Shown piece by piece: positions 26,791 to 37,520 of a stretch of DNA of 52,711 bases. Numbering within the stretch: the first letter of the stretch is position 1; every line of letters starts with the position of its first letter. Below the pieces are notes generated by a model. The model was not told the DNA's origin and did no database searches. It worked only from the letters and a program-made list of their open reading frames with translations. The DNA lies in contig JACRCW010000143.1 in assembly GCA_016218805.1 (NCBI GenBank), forward strand, positions 1 through 52,711, written 5' to 3'. The position numbers and the translations under genes were made by a program. This DNA is from Deltaproteobacteria bacterium (lineage in GTDB: Bacteria; Myxococcota; JACRCW01).

Positions 26791-27856
26791 GCGGCCGGTC
26801 CCGCCCCCACACGCGCACCTGGTCCCGCCCGGAGCGCTTGGCCAGGTAGACCATCTGGTCCGCGCATTCGATGAGTTGCTGCTTGTTGATGGCATCATCC
26901 GGGAACGCCGCCACGCCGACGCTGATGGTCACCCGCCCGCCCGGCTGCACGTTCCCGCCCGGGAACGGAAAGCTGGCCACCGCCTCCCGCAGGCGCTCCG
27001 CACGCACAATCGTCCCGTCCTTGGGCGTCTGCGGCAGCACAATGACAAACTCCTCGCCGCCGTAGCGCGCGGGGATGTCCCCCATGCGCCCGCGGAAGCT
27101 GATCTCAGGAATCTCACCGGTGTTGCACAGGATGCGCGCCAGGTCCTTGAGCAGCTTGTCCCCGGCGGGGTGCCCCAGCATGTCGTTGTAGTTCTTGAAG
27201 TGATCCACGTCGAGAAACACCAGGCCAACCGGCGTGTGGTAGCGCGCGCCGCGCGCCAGCTCCTGCGTCAGGGCCTCCTGGAAGAAGCGGTGGTTGTACA
27301 ACCCGGTGAGCCCGTCCCGCAGGGCCAGCTGCTCCAGCTCCGCATTGGCTGCCCGCAGCTCACGCGTGCGCTCCTCCACCTGCCGCTCCAGCCGCCGCTC
27401 CTGCTCCTGCACCGCGGACAGCGCCCGGGCCAGCATGTCGTTCTTCTCGCGCAGCTCCACCACCAGCCGCGCGTTCTCCTCCTCCAGCAGGTTGGCCCGC
27501 ACCGCCTCCGCCACCAGCGCGCGCAGGTCCATCACCCGCAATGGCTTGGAAATGAACCGGTGCACGTGCGCCAGGTTGACCGCGTCGCGCAGGTCCTCCA
27601 CCCGTTCACTGGCGGTGACCAGGATGCGCACCGCCTTGGGCTGCACGTCCCGCGTGGCCGTCAGCAGATTGACGCCCGTGATGCCGGGCATCATGTGGTC
27701 CGCCACCACGCAGTCCACCGGCTGGGTCCGCAACACCTCCAGCGCCGCGGCCCCGTCCGCCGCCGTCATGACCTCATAGTCCTTCTGCAGCGCCGCCTGG
27801 ATCAGGTTGCGAATGTCGGCGTCGTCGTCAACCACCAGCACCCGGAGCTGCCGCAT
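26771..27856 (-). CDS. Response regulator with receiver domain + GGDEF diguanylate cyclase domain
   Basis: MRQLRVLVVDDDADIRNL...DCVVADHMMPGITG (phospho-acceptor Asp present), a coiled-coil linker, then LTGLYNHRFF...RYGGEEF (an intact GGEEF) and KRSGRDQV. The start was trimmed to M30 of the table ORF. Confidence 0.85.
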   Translation of the reverse strand: MRQLRVLVVDDDADIRNLIQAALQKDYEVMTAADGAAALEVLRTQPVDCVVADHMMPGITGVNLLTATRDVQPKAVRILVTASERVEDLRDAVNLAHVHRFISKPLRVMDLRALVAEAVRANLLEEENARLVVELREKNDMLARALSAVQEQERRLERQVEERTRELRAANAELEQLALRDGLTGLYNHRFFQEALTQELARGARYHTPVGLVFLDVDHFKNYNDMLGHPAGDKLLKDLARILCNTGEIPEISFRGRMGDIPARYGGEEFVIVLPQTPKDGTIVRAERLREAVASFPFPGGNVQPGGRVTISVGVAAFPDDAINKQQLIECADQMVYLAKRSGRDQVRVWGRDRPLTTTAR

Positions 27857-28007
27857 GCACCCCACCGTCGTCACGCGGCGGGAGACGCGCTCCCGTGCCG
27901 CCGGCCCTTGCTGCCCCGCATGCCGCGCCAAGTCAACCGCCACCGCCTGCTTCCACCCGGGCCCACGGCCGCGCTAGCTTGCCCGCGCCAGTCACCCTGG
28001 AGCCTCC

Positions 28008-28331
28008 GTGGCGGACACCCTTCCCGGCCTTGCGCTGTCGTTTGTGTCCGGCCGCTTCCGCGGCGGCGAATTCCCCCTCCCGGACGACCGCGAGGTCCTG
28101 GTGGGGCGCGAGGAATCCAACGACATCCAGCTCAACGAGACCGGCGTCAGCCGCGTCCATGCCAAGCTCATCATGGAACAGGGCCGCCTGGAGCTGCGCG
28201 ACCTCAACAGCACCAACGGCACGTTTGTGAACGGCCAGCGCGCCACGCGGGCGTCCCTGAAGGAGGGGGACCGCGTGCTCATTGGCCAGTCCATCATGCT
28301 CGTCACCCGTGACCGTGGCTGGGCCACGTGA
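28008..28331 (+). CDS. Stand-alone FHA-domain protein
   Basis: 107 aa, reading ...EVLVGREESNDIQLNETGVSRVHAKLIMEQGRLELRDLNSTNGTFVNGQR...LKEGDRVLIGQSIM. This is the phosphothreonine-binding FHA signature (G-R...S-R-x-H...N-G-T-x-V-N). GTG start. Confidence 0.8.
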   Translation: MADTLPGLALSFVSGRFRGGEFPLPDDREVLVGREESNDIQLNETGVSRVHAKLIMEQGRLELRDLNSTNGTFVNGQRATRASLKEGDRVLIGQSIMLVTRDRGWAT

Positions 28332-28384
28332 CCCGGATTGACGGGGTCAGCCGCGCAATGTTAGCTGCGCGCCACCTGTGAGAT

Positions 28385-28457
<73 letters not shown>

Positions 28458-28499
28458 CATTGAAACCCCGCCAACCGGCGGGGTTTTTTCTTGCCCCCC

Positions 28500-29588
28500 T
28501 CACTCCGACGCCACCGGCTGGCCGTCACTTCGCCGGCACTTCGTGGCGCCTTTGTACGGCAGCCACTGACCCGGCTTGGACGGATCCAAGTCGTGGTCCG
28601 TGCTGTAGAAGTTCGGCGAATCCAGCTGGAGTTCACCCTTGCCGTTCTCCGTCGGGACAGACACGTTCAGTGACGGCCGTTCCCCATAGTTGTTCACCGT
28701 GACGGACCCGCCCCACGTCGGGTTGCCGGTGCTGTCTTCGCCGCCCGGGCCCAGTTCCTTGGGGTCACCGCTGGTGACCTGCGCGTACTCGGTGCCCGCG
28801 CGTTTCTGGGAATTGATGTGCACCACGTTGCCGGACCCATCGCCCGTGGTGACCGTCCAGTGGGCGGCCGGCGTGCGGTTGAGGTGGAAGGTCGGGTTGC
28901 TGTGGGCCAGGCCGCCTCGCTCGCGCAGGCCCGCGGCCAGGTTGGACATCTGGTCCACGCTCAAACCGCCGCCGGTGAGGCCGTCACCCGACGAGCGGCC
29001 GATGGCGAACATCGCCTCCTGCAGGTGCGCGGAGTTGGTGGGCGTCATCTCGCCTTTCTCCAGCGCGGTCACCGCGTCTTTCTGCGGTTGGGTCAGTTCC
29101 ACGCCACGGTCCTTGGCCAGCCGACGGGTGGCCGCCGCGTTGTTCTGCGCCGCGGTGGCATCCTTGGAATCCATGATGATCGCGTTGGCCGCGGCGGCGC
29201 CGCCGCAGCGGACGTCATCGTTGGTGGTGGATGTGACGCGGTCCACCTGCGGGGAGTTGAGCAGCAGTTGCGTGCGTTGCTCCGGAAGCTTGAACCGCGT
29301 GTTCATGGAGCGTCCCGGCGCGGCCATCTCCGGCACAGCCAGCGCCATGCGCGACGTCACCGCCGCCTGCGTGATGCCGCCGGCGGAAGCGCTGCGGGCG
29401 TGCGCCTCCGACGCACTCTGCGCGGTGGCCGTGGGCTGGTGGCGTGCGGGCGCGACGGGCGCGCTGGACGGCGCGGGGGCCGGCGCCGCCGCTGCTGTCC
29501 CCGGCGCGGCGTGGGTGGTGGTTGCCGGCGTGGCGGCGGGAGCAGCTGGCTTGGGCGGCGCGTTCTTGGGCCGGATGGTGACGTTCAT
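28500..29588 (-). CDS. Hypothetical protein: Pro/Ala-rich N-terminus, Gly/Ser/Asn/Thr-rich C-terminal region, no recognisable signal peptide or domain
   Basis: Strong GGGGAGG RBS 5 nt before the ATG at 29588. MNVTIRPKNAPPKPAAPAATPATTTHAAPGTAAAAPAPAPSS... then a globular part with GDGSGNVVHINSQ...TWGGSVTVNNYGERP. Third-position GC is consistent with a real gene. Confidence 0.6.
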   Translation of the reverse strand: MNVTIRPKNAPPKPAAPAATPATTTHAAPGTAAAAPAPAPSSAPVAPARHQPTATAQSASEAHARSASAGGITQAAVTSRMALAVPEMAAPGRSMNTRFKLPEQRTQLLLNSPQVDRVTSTTNDDVRCGGAAAANAIIMDSKDATAAQNNAAATRRLAKDRGVELTQPQKDAVTALEKGEMTPTNSAHLQEAMFAIGRSSGDGLTGGGLSVDQMSNLAAGLRERGGLAHSNPTFHLNRTPAAHWTVTTGDGSGNVVHINSQKRAGTEYAQVTSGDPKELGPGGEDSTGNPTWGGSVTVNNYGERPSLNVSVPTENGKGELQLDSPNFYSTDHDLDPSKPGQWLPYKGATKCRRSDGQPVASE

Positions 29589-29888
29589 GGATTCCTCCCC
29601 AACGTGTTGTGCGCCGGGCGGTCATGCCGCGGTGGGCGTCCGCATTGAACTCCCGCGCCAGGAAACGGGCAAGCCCGCCGCAGGGAAACGCGCGATTCCG
29701 AGGCGCCGGCGCCCGCAGGAGAATCCACGCATGCGGAACCCCGCCCCGACGGCACGTTGCTCCGCGTCACACGCGCTGTGGCACCAACTTCACACCCAAC
29801 CCGCACACCAACAACCGCGCGCCCAGGCAATTCACGTCGTTTCCTGGTGGCGCAACCCATGCACAACCCCTCCGTCCCGGAGGTGCCC

Positions 29889-31235
29889 ATGCGTCGCCTT
29901 GCGCTGTTGCTCGCCGCTGCTGCCTTGTTCAGCGCCGCCATCTGCCAGCCCATTGACCTGAGGCTTCCCGCCACCTTCCCCGTGCCACCGCCGCCTCCTG
30001 ACGTCGTCATGGACAACCTCATGACCTGGGTGACGGACCCGCTGCTCGGTCCCATCGCAGCCACACTTGGCGTGGCACTGGGCCGCGCACTGGCCGAGGC
30101 ATTTGACACTGTTACCGGCATGCTCACCGCGTTGCTGGAAGCGCTGCAGCATTTCCGGCACTTTCCGGGCACCGGGTGCAACGTGTGGTTCACCGCTGAC
30201 GACGGCAATCCCCTGGGGGTGTGGCGACCGGGAATGCCCATCGCCGTTGGGGCGCCGCTGCGGTTGGAGGCGGTGGACCTGGTGGCGCGCGGTGGTGAGC
30301 TGCCGGACACAGTGCCGACGGTGGAACCACCGGAGCTGTTCGTGGAGGTCTCCGCGGAGCGCAACCTGTTCCGCGGCCGGGCGGCCGCACCGGGCACGGC
30401 GCGCGTGGCCTTCACCGGTCCCACGTCGGACGCGGTGGACGTGGAGATCCGCGCCACCGCAAAGGCCAACTTCATGGATCCCGTGCAGCACGTTGCCGCC
30501 CTGCTGGCGCTGGGCCTGGGTCCGCGGCTCGCGCCGTTCTGGCCTGACGTTGGTGACGACGTGGTGATGGCGCCCGGCGCCAGTCTGTTGTTGCGCCCCC
30601 GCTTGCTGGATGCTGCGGGTGAATCGCTCTATTTCCGCGCGGACGATTTCGAGGTCGGAGCCGGGCAGGAAGTGATTGTGACGCCGTGGCGCGTCGTCGG
30701 CGTGGTGGTGAATGCGGGCGCCACCGCGGGTGAGAACCAGGCGCTTGCGCTGCACCACCGGGGCGAGGAACTGGGCGCGCTCCGCGTGTCCACCGCCGCA
30801 CCCGGGGCCGTCACGCAGTTGTCAGCGGAGGTCCACGGCGAGCCGGGGGCTTGCCTCTATTGGGTGCACGTGACGGCGGCGCTGCCGGACGGGACCAAGC
30901 TGTGGCAGGCGCCCGTTGAGTGGGACGTGGACGCGGGGTTGGAGCGCTGGGACCTCCTCGGTGAGTTGGGGTCACCCTTGTCGCGCACGGACCTGGCGTT
31001 GGTGCGGGTGCTGCCGCCGGGGACCACCGCGGAGACCCGGCAGGTGCGCCTGCGGCTGGGCGTCCTGGAGACGGCTGTTTCCATTCAGGTGCCCGCGCGT
31101 CCACCGCCTCCGGCGCCATCGCCACCGCCCAGCCGGTCGCGCGGGTGTGCCGAAGCGTCGGCCGTCGTTTCGACGCCGTCGCTCTCCGCGTTGCTGCTCG
31201 TGATCGCTGCGCTGCGTGCGCGCCGGCGGCGCTGA
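29889..31235 (+). CDS. Secreted protein with C-terminal MYXO-CTERM sorting signal
   Basis: GGAGGTG RBS and signal peptide MRRLALLLAAAALFSAAIC. The C-terminus ...SRSRGCAEASAVVSTPSLSALLLVIAALRARRRR has Gly-Cys, a hydrophobic helix and an Arg-rich tail, matching the MYXO-CTERM pattern. The start was trimmed to M45 of the table ORF. Confidence 0.75.
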   Translation: MRRLALLLAAAALFSAAICQPIDLRLPATFPVPPPPPDVVMDNLMTWVTDPLLGPIAATLGVALGRALAEAFDTVTGMLTALLEALQHFRHFPGTGCNVWFTADDGNPLGVWRPGMPIAVGAPLRLEAVDLVARGGELPDTVPTVEPPELFVEVSAERNLFRGRAAAPGTARVAFTGPTSDAVDVEIRATAKANFMDPVQHVAALLALGLGPRLAPFWPDVGDDVVMAPGASLLLRPRLLDAAGESLYFRADDFEVGAGQEVIVTPWRVVGVVVNAGATAGENQALALHHRGEELGALRVSTAAPGAVTQLSAEVHGEPGACLYWVHVTAALPDGTKLWQAPVEWDVDAGLERWDLLGELGSPLSRTDLALVRVLPPGTTAETRQVRLRLGVLETAVSIQVPARPPPPAPSPPPSRSRGCAEASAVVSTPSLSALLLVIAALRARRRR

Positions 31236-31249
31236 ACCGGTCCGGCTGT

Positions 31250-32665
31250 TCAGCCCATCAACGCGCGCGCCGCCGCCAGCGCCGTCTCCACAAACGGTGC
31301 GGGATACAGGCCCACGCCCACGACGCCCACGCACGCCACCGTCACGGCTGCCTTCATGGACAGCGCCATCGGCACGCGGCCTTCGGTGCCGGCCACGGGA
31401 CGCTCCATGTAGATGCTGCGCGCGACGCGCATGTAATAGAAAACGCTGACCACCGCGAGCACCGCGCCGAGCACGACGATCCACACGTAGCCCGCGCGGT
31501 ACGCCGCCACGAACACGCCCACCTTGGCCCAGAAACCCGCCACAAACGGGATGCCGCCGAGCGACAGCAGGAACAGCAACATCGCCATGGCGAGGCCCGG
31601 GTTGCGGCGCGACAGTCCCTTGAACGCGTCCAGGTGGTCGCTGCCGGACGCATCCTCAATCACGGAAGCCACCGCGAACGCGCCCATGTTCGTGAACAGG
31701 TACGCCACCAGGTAAAACAGAAGCATCCCCAGCCCGTCAGGCGTGACCAACCCTATGCCCAGCAGCATGGTCCCCATCTGGCCAATGCCACTGTACGCCA
31801 GCAGCCGCTTCACGCTGGTCTGCGGAATGGCCAGCACGTTCCCCACCACCATGGTGATCACGCACATGACAATCACCGCCGGCGCCCACGTTGCCTTCTG
31901 GCCCGGCAGCGCCTCAATGAAGATGCGGATCAGCGCGGCAAAGCCCGCCGCCTTGGGCGCCACCGAGAGGAACGCGACAAACGGCGTGGGCGCGCCTTCA
32001 TACGTATCCGGCACCCACATGTGGAACGGGACGACGCCAATCTTGAACCCCAACCCCGCCAGCGTGATGACCAGGCCCGGAACCACCATGGGGTTGCCCG
32101 CCTTGGCCGCCGCGGTGACGCCGGACAGCATGGTGGTGCCCGCCGCGGCGAACAGCAGCGACAGGCCGTACAGCGTCACCACCGACGACACCGCGCCCAC
32201 CAGGTAGAGCTTGAGGGCCGCCTCGGCGGACCGCTCGGACTTGCGCATGGCGGCCAGCACGTACAGCGGCATGCTCATCAGTTCAAAACTGACGACGATG
32301 AAGATGAGTTCGCGCGCGCTGGCCAGCAGCGTCATCCCCAGCAGGCTGGAGAGCACCAGCAAGTGGTACTCGCCCTGGCGGCGGGGGAAGAACCGGTCCG
32401 CGTGGTCCATCCCAATGAGCACGCCCAGCGCACCCGCGGCCAGGAACACGCGCTTGAGGTACAGCGCCACCGCGTCGTTCACAAACGCGCCACCAAACGC
32501 GGTGCCCTGCACGTCCAGCACAAAGCTCGCCGCGAGCGTGATGAGCGCGCCTGCGCACGCCACCACCGCAATGCCGCGCTTGTCCTCCGCGGGCAGCAGC
32601 AGGTCCACCACAAACACCAGCAGCAGGATGCAGGCGAGGAGGATGTCGAGCGCAAGCGGCATCAT
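31250..32665 (-). CDS. nuoN: NADH-quinone oxidoreductase subunit N
   Basis: 471 aa, polytopic antiporter-like subunit (…FELMSMPLYVL…, …GFKIGVVPFHMWVPDTYEGAPTP…). GAGGTGA RBS. It is the last gene of the nuo operon. Confidence 0.9.
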   Translation of the reverse strand: MMPLALDILLACILLLVFVVDLLLPAEDKRGIAVVACAGALITLAASFVLDVQGTAFGGAFVNDAVALYLKRVFLAAGALGVLIGMDHADRFFPRRQGEYHLLVLSSLLGMTLLASARELIFIVVSFELMSMPLYVLAAMRKSERSAEAALKLYLVGAVSSVVTLYGLSLLFAAAGTTMLSGVTAAAKAGNPMVVPGLVITLAGLGFKIGVVPFHMWVPDTYEGAPTPFVAFLSVAPKAAGFAALIRIFIEALPGQKATWAPAVIVMCVITMVVGNVLAIPQTSVKRLLAYSGIGQMGTMLLGIGLVTPDGLGMLLFYLVAYLFTNMGAFAVASVIEDASGSDHLDAFKGLSRRNPGLAMAMLLFLLSLGGIPFVAGFWAKVGVFVAAYRAGYVWIVVLGAVLAVVSVFYYMRVARSIYMERPVAGTEGRVPMALSMKAAVTVACVGVVGVGLYPAPFVETALAAARALMG

Positions 32666-32674
32666 GGCATCACC

Positions 32675-34234
32675 TCACGGCACCAGCGCGGGCCCAGCGG
32701 CCGCGACCGAAGTTCCGACGACACGGGACAGGTACTCCACGGTGGCCTTGTCCACACCGGTCAGCGCCAGGTTGGGCCAGAAGCCAAACAGGACCAGGCA
32801 GACCGCCAACATGCTGATGGCCACCCACTCGGTCCCGCGCGCGTCCTCCAGGTGTTCAAAGCGCCCTTCCGGGAACGGGCCCCAGAAGATCTGCCGCGTG
32901 GCCTTGAGCACGTAGATGGCCGTGATGAACGCGCCAAGGATGCCCGGCAGCATCCACCACCCGTGCGCGCTCTTGTACGCGCCCAGGAACACCAGGAACT
33001 CCGCCACAAACCCCGCCGTTCCCGGCAGCCCCAATGACGACAGGCACCCCAGCGTGAACACCACGGAGATGCCGGGCATGAACTTCGCGAACCCGCCCAT
33101 GGAAGCGACGTCGCGCGTGTGGCTCTTCTCGTAGATGAGGCCCACCAGGGCAAAGAACGCGCCCGTCATGATGCCGTGGGCAAACATCTGGAACACCGCG
33201 CCGTTCCACCCGCTCACCGTGAGCGTGGCGGCGCCCAGCATCACCACGCCCATGTGTGACACCGACGAGTACGCAATGATGTACTTGAGGTCCTTCTGGC
33301 TCATGGCGCTGAACGCGCCGTACACCACGTTGATGGACGCCACGATGCCGACGACCAGCGCCCAGGCCTGCGCGCCCTCCGGCAGCATCACCATGCCCAC
33401 ACGGATCACGCCAAACGCGCCCAGCTTCATCAGCACGCCGGCGTGCAGCATGGAGACCGCGGTGGGCGCGGCCGCGTGACCGTCGGGGGACCAGGTGTGG
33501 AACGGGAACAGGCCGGCCAGCGTGCCAAAGCCCACCCACAGCGCGGGGAACACCCACAGCTGCGTGTCGCGTGACATCACCATGTTGCCGCGCAGCAACT
33601 CCATGTTGAACGTCTTGCCACCGCCCGCCATGTACAGCGCCAGGATGCCCACAAGGATGAACGCGGAGCCCATCAGCAGCATCAGGGTCAGCTTCATGGC
33701 GGCGTATTCGCGCCCGCCGATGTCCAGGCGCTTGAGGAACGGCGCCAGCGGGCCCTGGATCTCCACCTTCTTGGTGGAACCCCAGATGCCAATGAGCAGG
33801 TACATCGGCAGCACGGCAATCTCGTAGAACAGGAAGAACACAAACATGTCCAGGCTGACAAACACGCCGAACACGCCCGCGGACAGCACCAGCAGCAGCA
33901 CGTAGAAGTCGCGGTCACGGTCCTTCACCGTCCAGGACGCCCAGCAGCCCGCAAACAGGATGATGCCAGTCAGCAGCAGCAGTGACAGCGACCACCCGTC
34001 GACAGCGACCGCGTAGGAAATCCCAAGCGACGGCACCAGCGGCACAACCTTCTGCATCTGCAGGCCGCCGCGCGCCAGGTCATACTGCAGGATGGTGGCA
34101 ATGGCGCCGGCCAGCGAGACACCCGCACCGGTGATGGCCACCAGGCGGGTGGCGGCGCGCGCGCGGTCCGGCAGCGCGATGATCACCATCGCGGCGATGA
34201 ACGGGGCAAGGACGATCAGCGTCAGCAGGTGCAT
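32675..34234 (-). CDS. nuoM: NADH-quinone oxidoreductase subunit M
   Basis: 519 aa, reading ...FFLFYEIAVLPMYLLIGIWGS...FPFHTWSPDGHAAAPTAVSMLHAGVLMKLG... (NuoM/ND4 family). Confidence 0.9.
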   Translation of the reverse strand: MHLLTLIVLAPFIAAMVIIALPDRARAATRLVAITGAGVSLAGAIATILQYDLARGGLQMQKVVPLVPSLGISYAVAVDGWSLSLLLLTGIILFAGCWASWTVKDRDRDFYVLLLVLSAGVFGVFVSLDMFVFFLFYEIAVLPMYLLIGIWGSTKKVEIQGPLAPFLKRLDIGGREYAAMKLTLMLLMGSAFILVGILALYMAGGGKTFNMELLRGNMVMSRDTQLWVFPALWVGFGTLAGLFPFHTWSPDGHAAAPTAVSMLHAGVLMKLGAFGVIRVGMVMLPEGAQAWALVVGIVASINVVYGAFSAMSQKDLKYIIAYSSVSHMGVVMLGAATLTVSGWNGAVFQMFAHGIMTGAFFALVGLIYEKSHTRDVASMGGFAKFMPGISVVFTLGCLSSLGLPGTAGFVAEFLVFLGAYKSAHGWWMLPGILGAFITAIYVLKATRQIFWGPFPEGRFEHLEDARGTEWVAISMLAVCLVLFGFWPNLALTGVDKATVEYLSRVVGTSVAAAGPALVP

Positions 34235-34235
34235 G

Positions 34236-36062
<1,827 letters not shown>

Positions 36063-36073
36063 TTGTCTCCTCC

Positions 36074-36379
36074 TCAGCCGTGCATGGAGGCAGCCTGGTC
36101 CACGTCAATGGACCGGCGGCTACGGTGGAGGAAGATGACAATGGCCAGCCCCACCACCACCTCCGCGACCGTCAGCGCGATGGCGAACAGCGCGAACGCT
36201 TCGCCGCGGCCATCCCCCAACGAACGCCCGATGGCGACGAGGTTCACGTTCACCGCGTTGGCCATCAGCTCCACGCTCAGAAGAATTCCCAGCACGTTCT
36301 TGCGCGTCAGCACCCCGTACAGGCCCATGCTGAACATCCCCGCCGCCAGCAGCATGTAGGACGAGACGGGCACCATCAC
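36074..36379 (-). CDS. nuoK: NADH-quinone oxidoreductase subunit K
   Basis: 101 aa with 3 TM helices (MMVPVSSYMLLAAGMFSMGLYGVLTRKNVLGILLSVELMANAVNVNLVA…). Confidence 0.85.
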   Translation of the reverse strand: MMVPVSSYMLLAAGMFSMGLYGVLTRKNVLGILLSVELMANAVNVNLVAIGRSLGDGRGEAFALFAIALTVAEVVVGLAIVIFLHRSRRSIDVDQAASMHG

Positions 36380-36873
36380 GCATCCTCCTTCCGCGCAATG
36401 ACGATGGCCCCGATCATCGTCGCCACCAGCAGCACGCTGAGCACCTCAAACGGCAGCGCGTAATCCACCAAGAACCGTTCACCCAGCACCTTGGTGGCCG
36501 AGCGCTGGGCCGGCTGCGCATAGGACGCGGGCATCCGCAGGATGAACGCCGTCAGCAGGCCGAACACCGACAGTGAGGCCAGCGCGGCGCGCACGCGGTT
36601 GCCGCTTTCGTGCGGGATGCGCTCGCCGGTGAGCCGCTTGGTGAGCAGCACTGCAAAGATCATCAGCACCGCCACGCCACCCGCGTACAAAAGCACCTGC
36701 ACCGCGGCGATGAACTCCGCCTGCAGCTGCACGTACACGCCGGCGGTGACCACCAGGGTCAACGCCAGCCACAGCACCGAGTGCACCAGGTCATCGGAAG
36801 TGACCACGCACCACGCACACGCGAGCAACGCGCTGGCGAGCAGCGCGAAGGGAACCATCGGGAGCCAGCTCAT
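36376..36873 (-). CDS. nuoJ: NADH-quinone oxidoreductase subunit J
   Basis: 165 aa, NuoJ/ND6-like membrane protein. It overlaps nuoK by 4 nt. Confidence 0.85.
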   Translation of the reverse strand: MSWLPMVPFALLASALLACAWCVVTSDDLVHSVLWLALTLVVTAGVYVQLQAEFIAAVQVLLYAGGVAVLMIFAVLLTKRLTGERIPHESGNRVRAALASLSVFGLLTAFILRMPASYAQPAQRSATKVLGERFLVDYALPFEVLSVLLVATMIGAIVIARKEDA

Positions 36874-37520
36874 GCGCCCTCCTTGGCCCCGGCGGGCGGC
36901 GGCGGCGTTTCCTTGGGGGGTTCAACGGGCTTGGCCGCGTCCACGGAAGCGGCGGGCGCAACTTCGGCGGGTTTGGGTTTGGCCACCTTGGCGGGCTTGG
37001 CCGGCACCTCGCCCTCCGCGCCAGGCGGCGGCTTGGGCAGGCCGTACTTGGTGTCATGCATCTCCACAAACCGGGAGCCAATGCCCCACGCCTTCTCCAG
37101 CTTTTCATTGGCAAACAGTTTGTCCTTGGTCAGCACCAGGTCCTCGCGTGAGAACCCGGGGATCTCCTGCGTGCGGCACATGGTGATGGCGTCCTCGGGA
37201 CACACCTGCACGCAGAGTTCACAGAAGATGCAGGCCTGGAGGTTGAGCGTGAAGTCCTCAATGTAGCCGCGCTTCTTGCCGGTGACGGGGGACTCCTTCT
37301 TCCCCAGCGCCTTGATGCTGATGACCTGCGAGGGACAGATGTTCTCGCACATCAGACAGCCGATGCAGGCCTCCTCGCCGTGCTCGTTGTGCAGCAGCGC
37401 GAACGTGGCGCGGGCGCGCGGCGGCCGCGTCCGCTTCTGGAACGGGTGCAGCATCGTCACGGGCGGACGGATCACGTTCCGCATGGTCTCGCCCATGGCC
37501 CGCAGCATGTGCAGGATCAC
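36870..37520 (-). CDS. nuoI: NADH-quinone oxidoreductase subunit I (2x[4Fe-4S] ferredoxin) with Pro/Ala/Lys-rich C-terminal extension
   Basis: CIGCLMCENICP and CIFCELCVQVCP cluster motifs. The preferred start is GTG at 37520, overlapping the nuoH stop as GTGA, with GGGAGG 6 nt upstream. The C-terminal ~60 aa are PKPPPGAEGEVPAKPAKVAKPKPAEVAP... The table ORF extends to 37604. Confidence 0.8.
   Translation of the reverse strand: MILHMLRAMGETMRNVIRPPVTMLHPFQKRTRPPRARATFALLHNEHGEEACIGCLMCENICPSQVISIKALGKKESPVTGKKRGYIEDFTLNLQACIFCELCVQVCPEDAITMCRTQEIPGFSREDLVLTKDKLFANEKLEKAWGIGSRFVEMHDTKYGLPKPPPGAEGEVPAKPAKVAKPKPAEVAPAASVDAAKPVEPPKETPPPPAGAKEGA

Noticed and set aside
29589-29888. Possible sigma-54 promoter (TGGCAC at ~29777) in the 300-bp divergent region
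   Set aside because: The -12 GC element is not at the required spacing (TGGCAC-caac-TTCA). No reliable promoter call can be made by eye in this GC-rich DNA.
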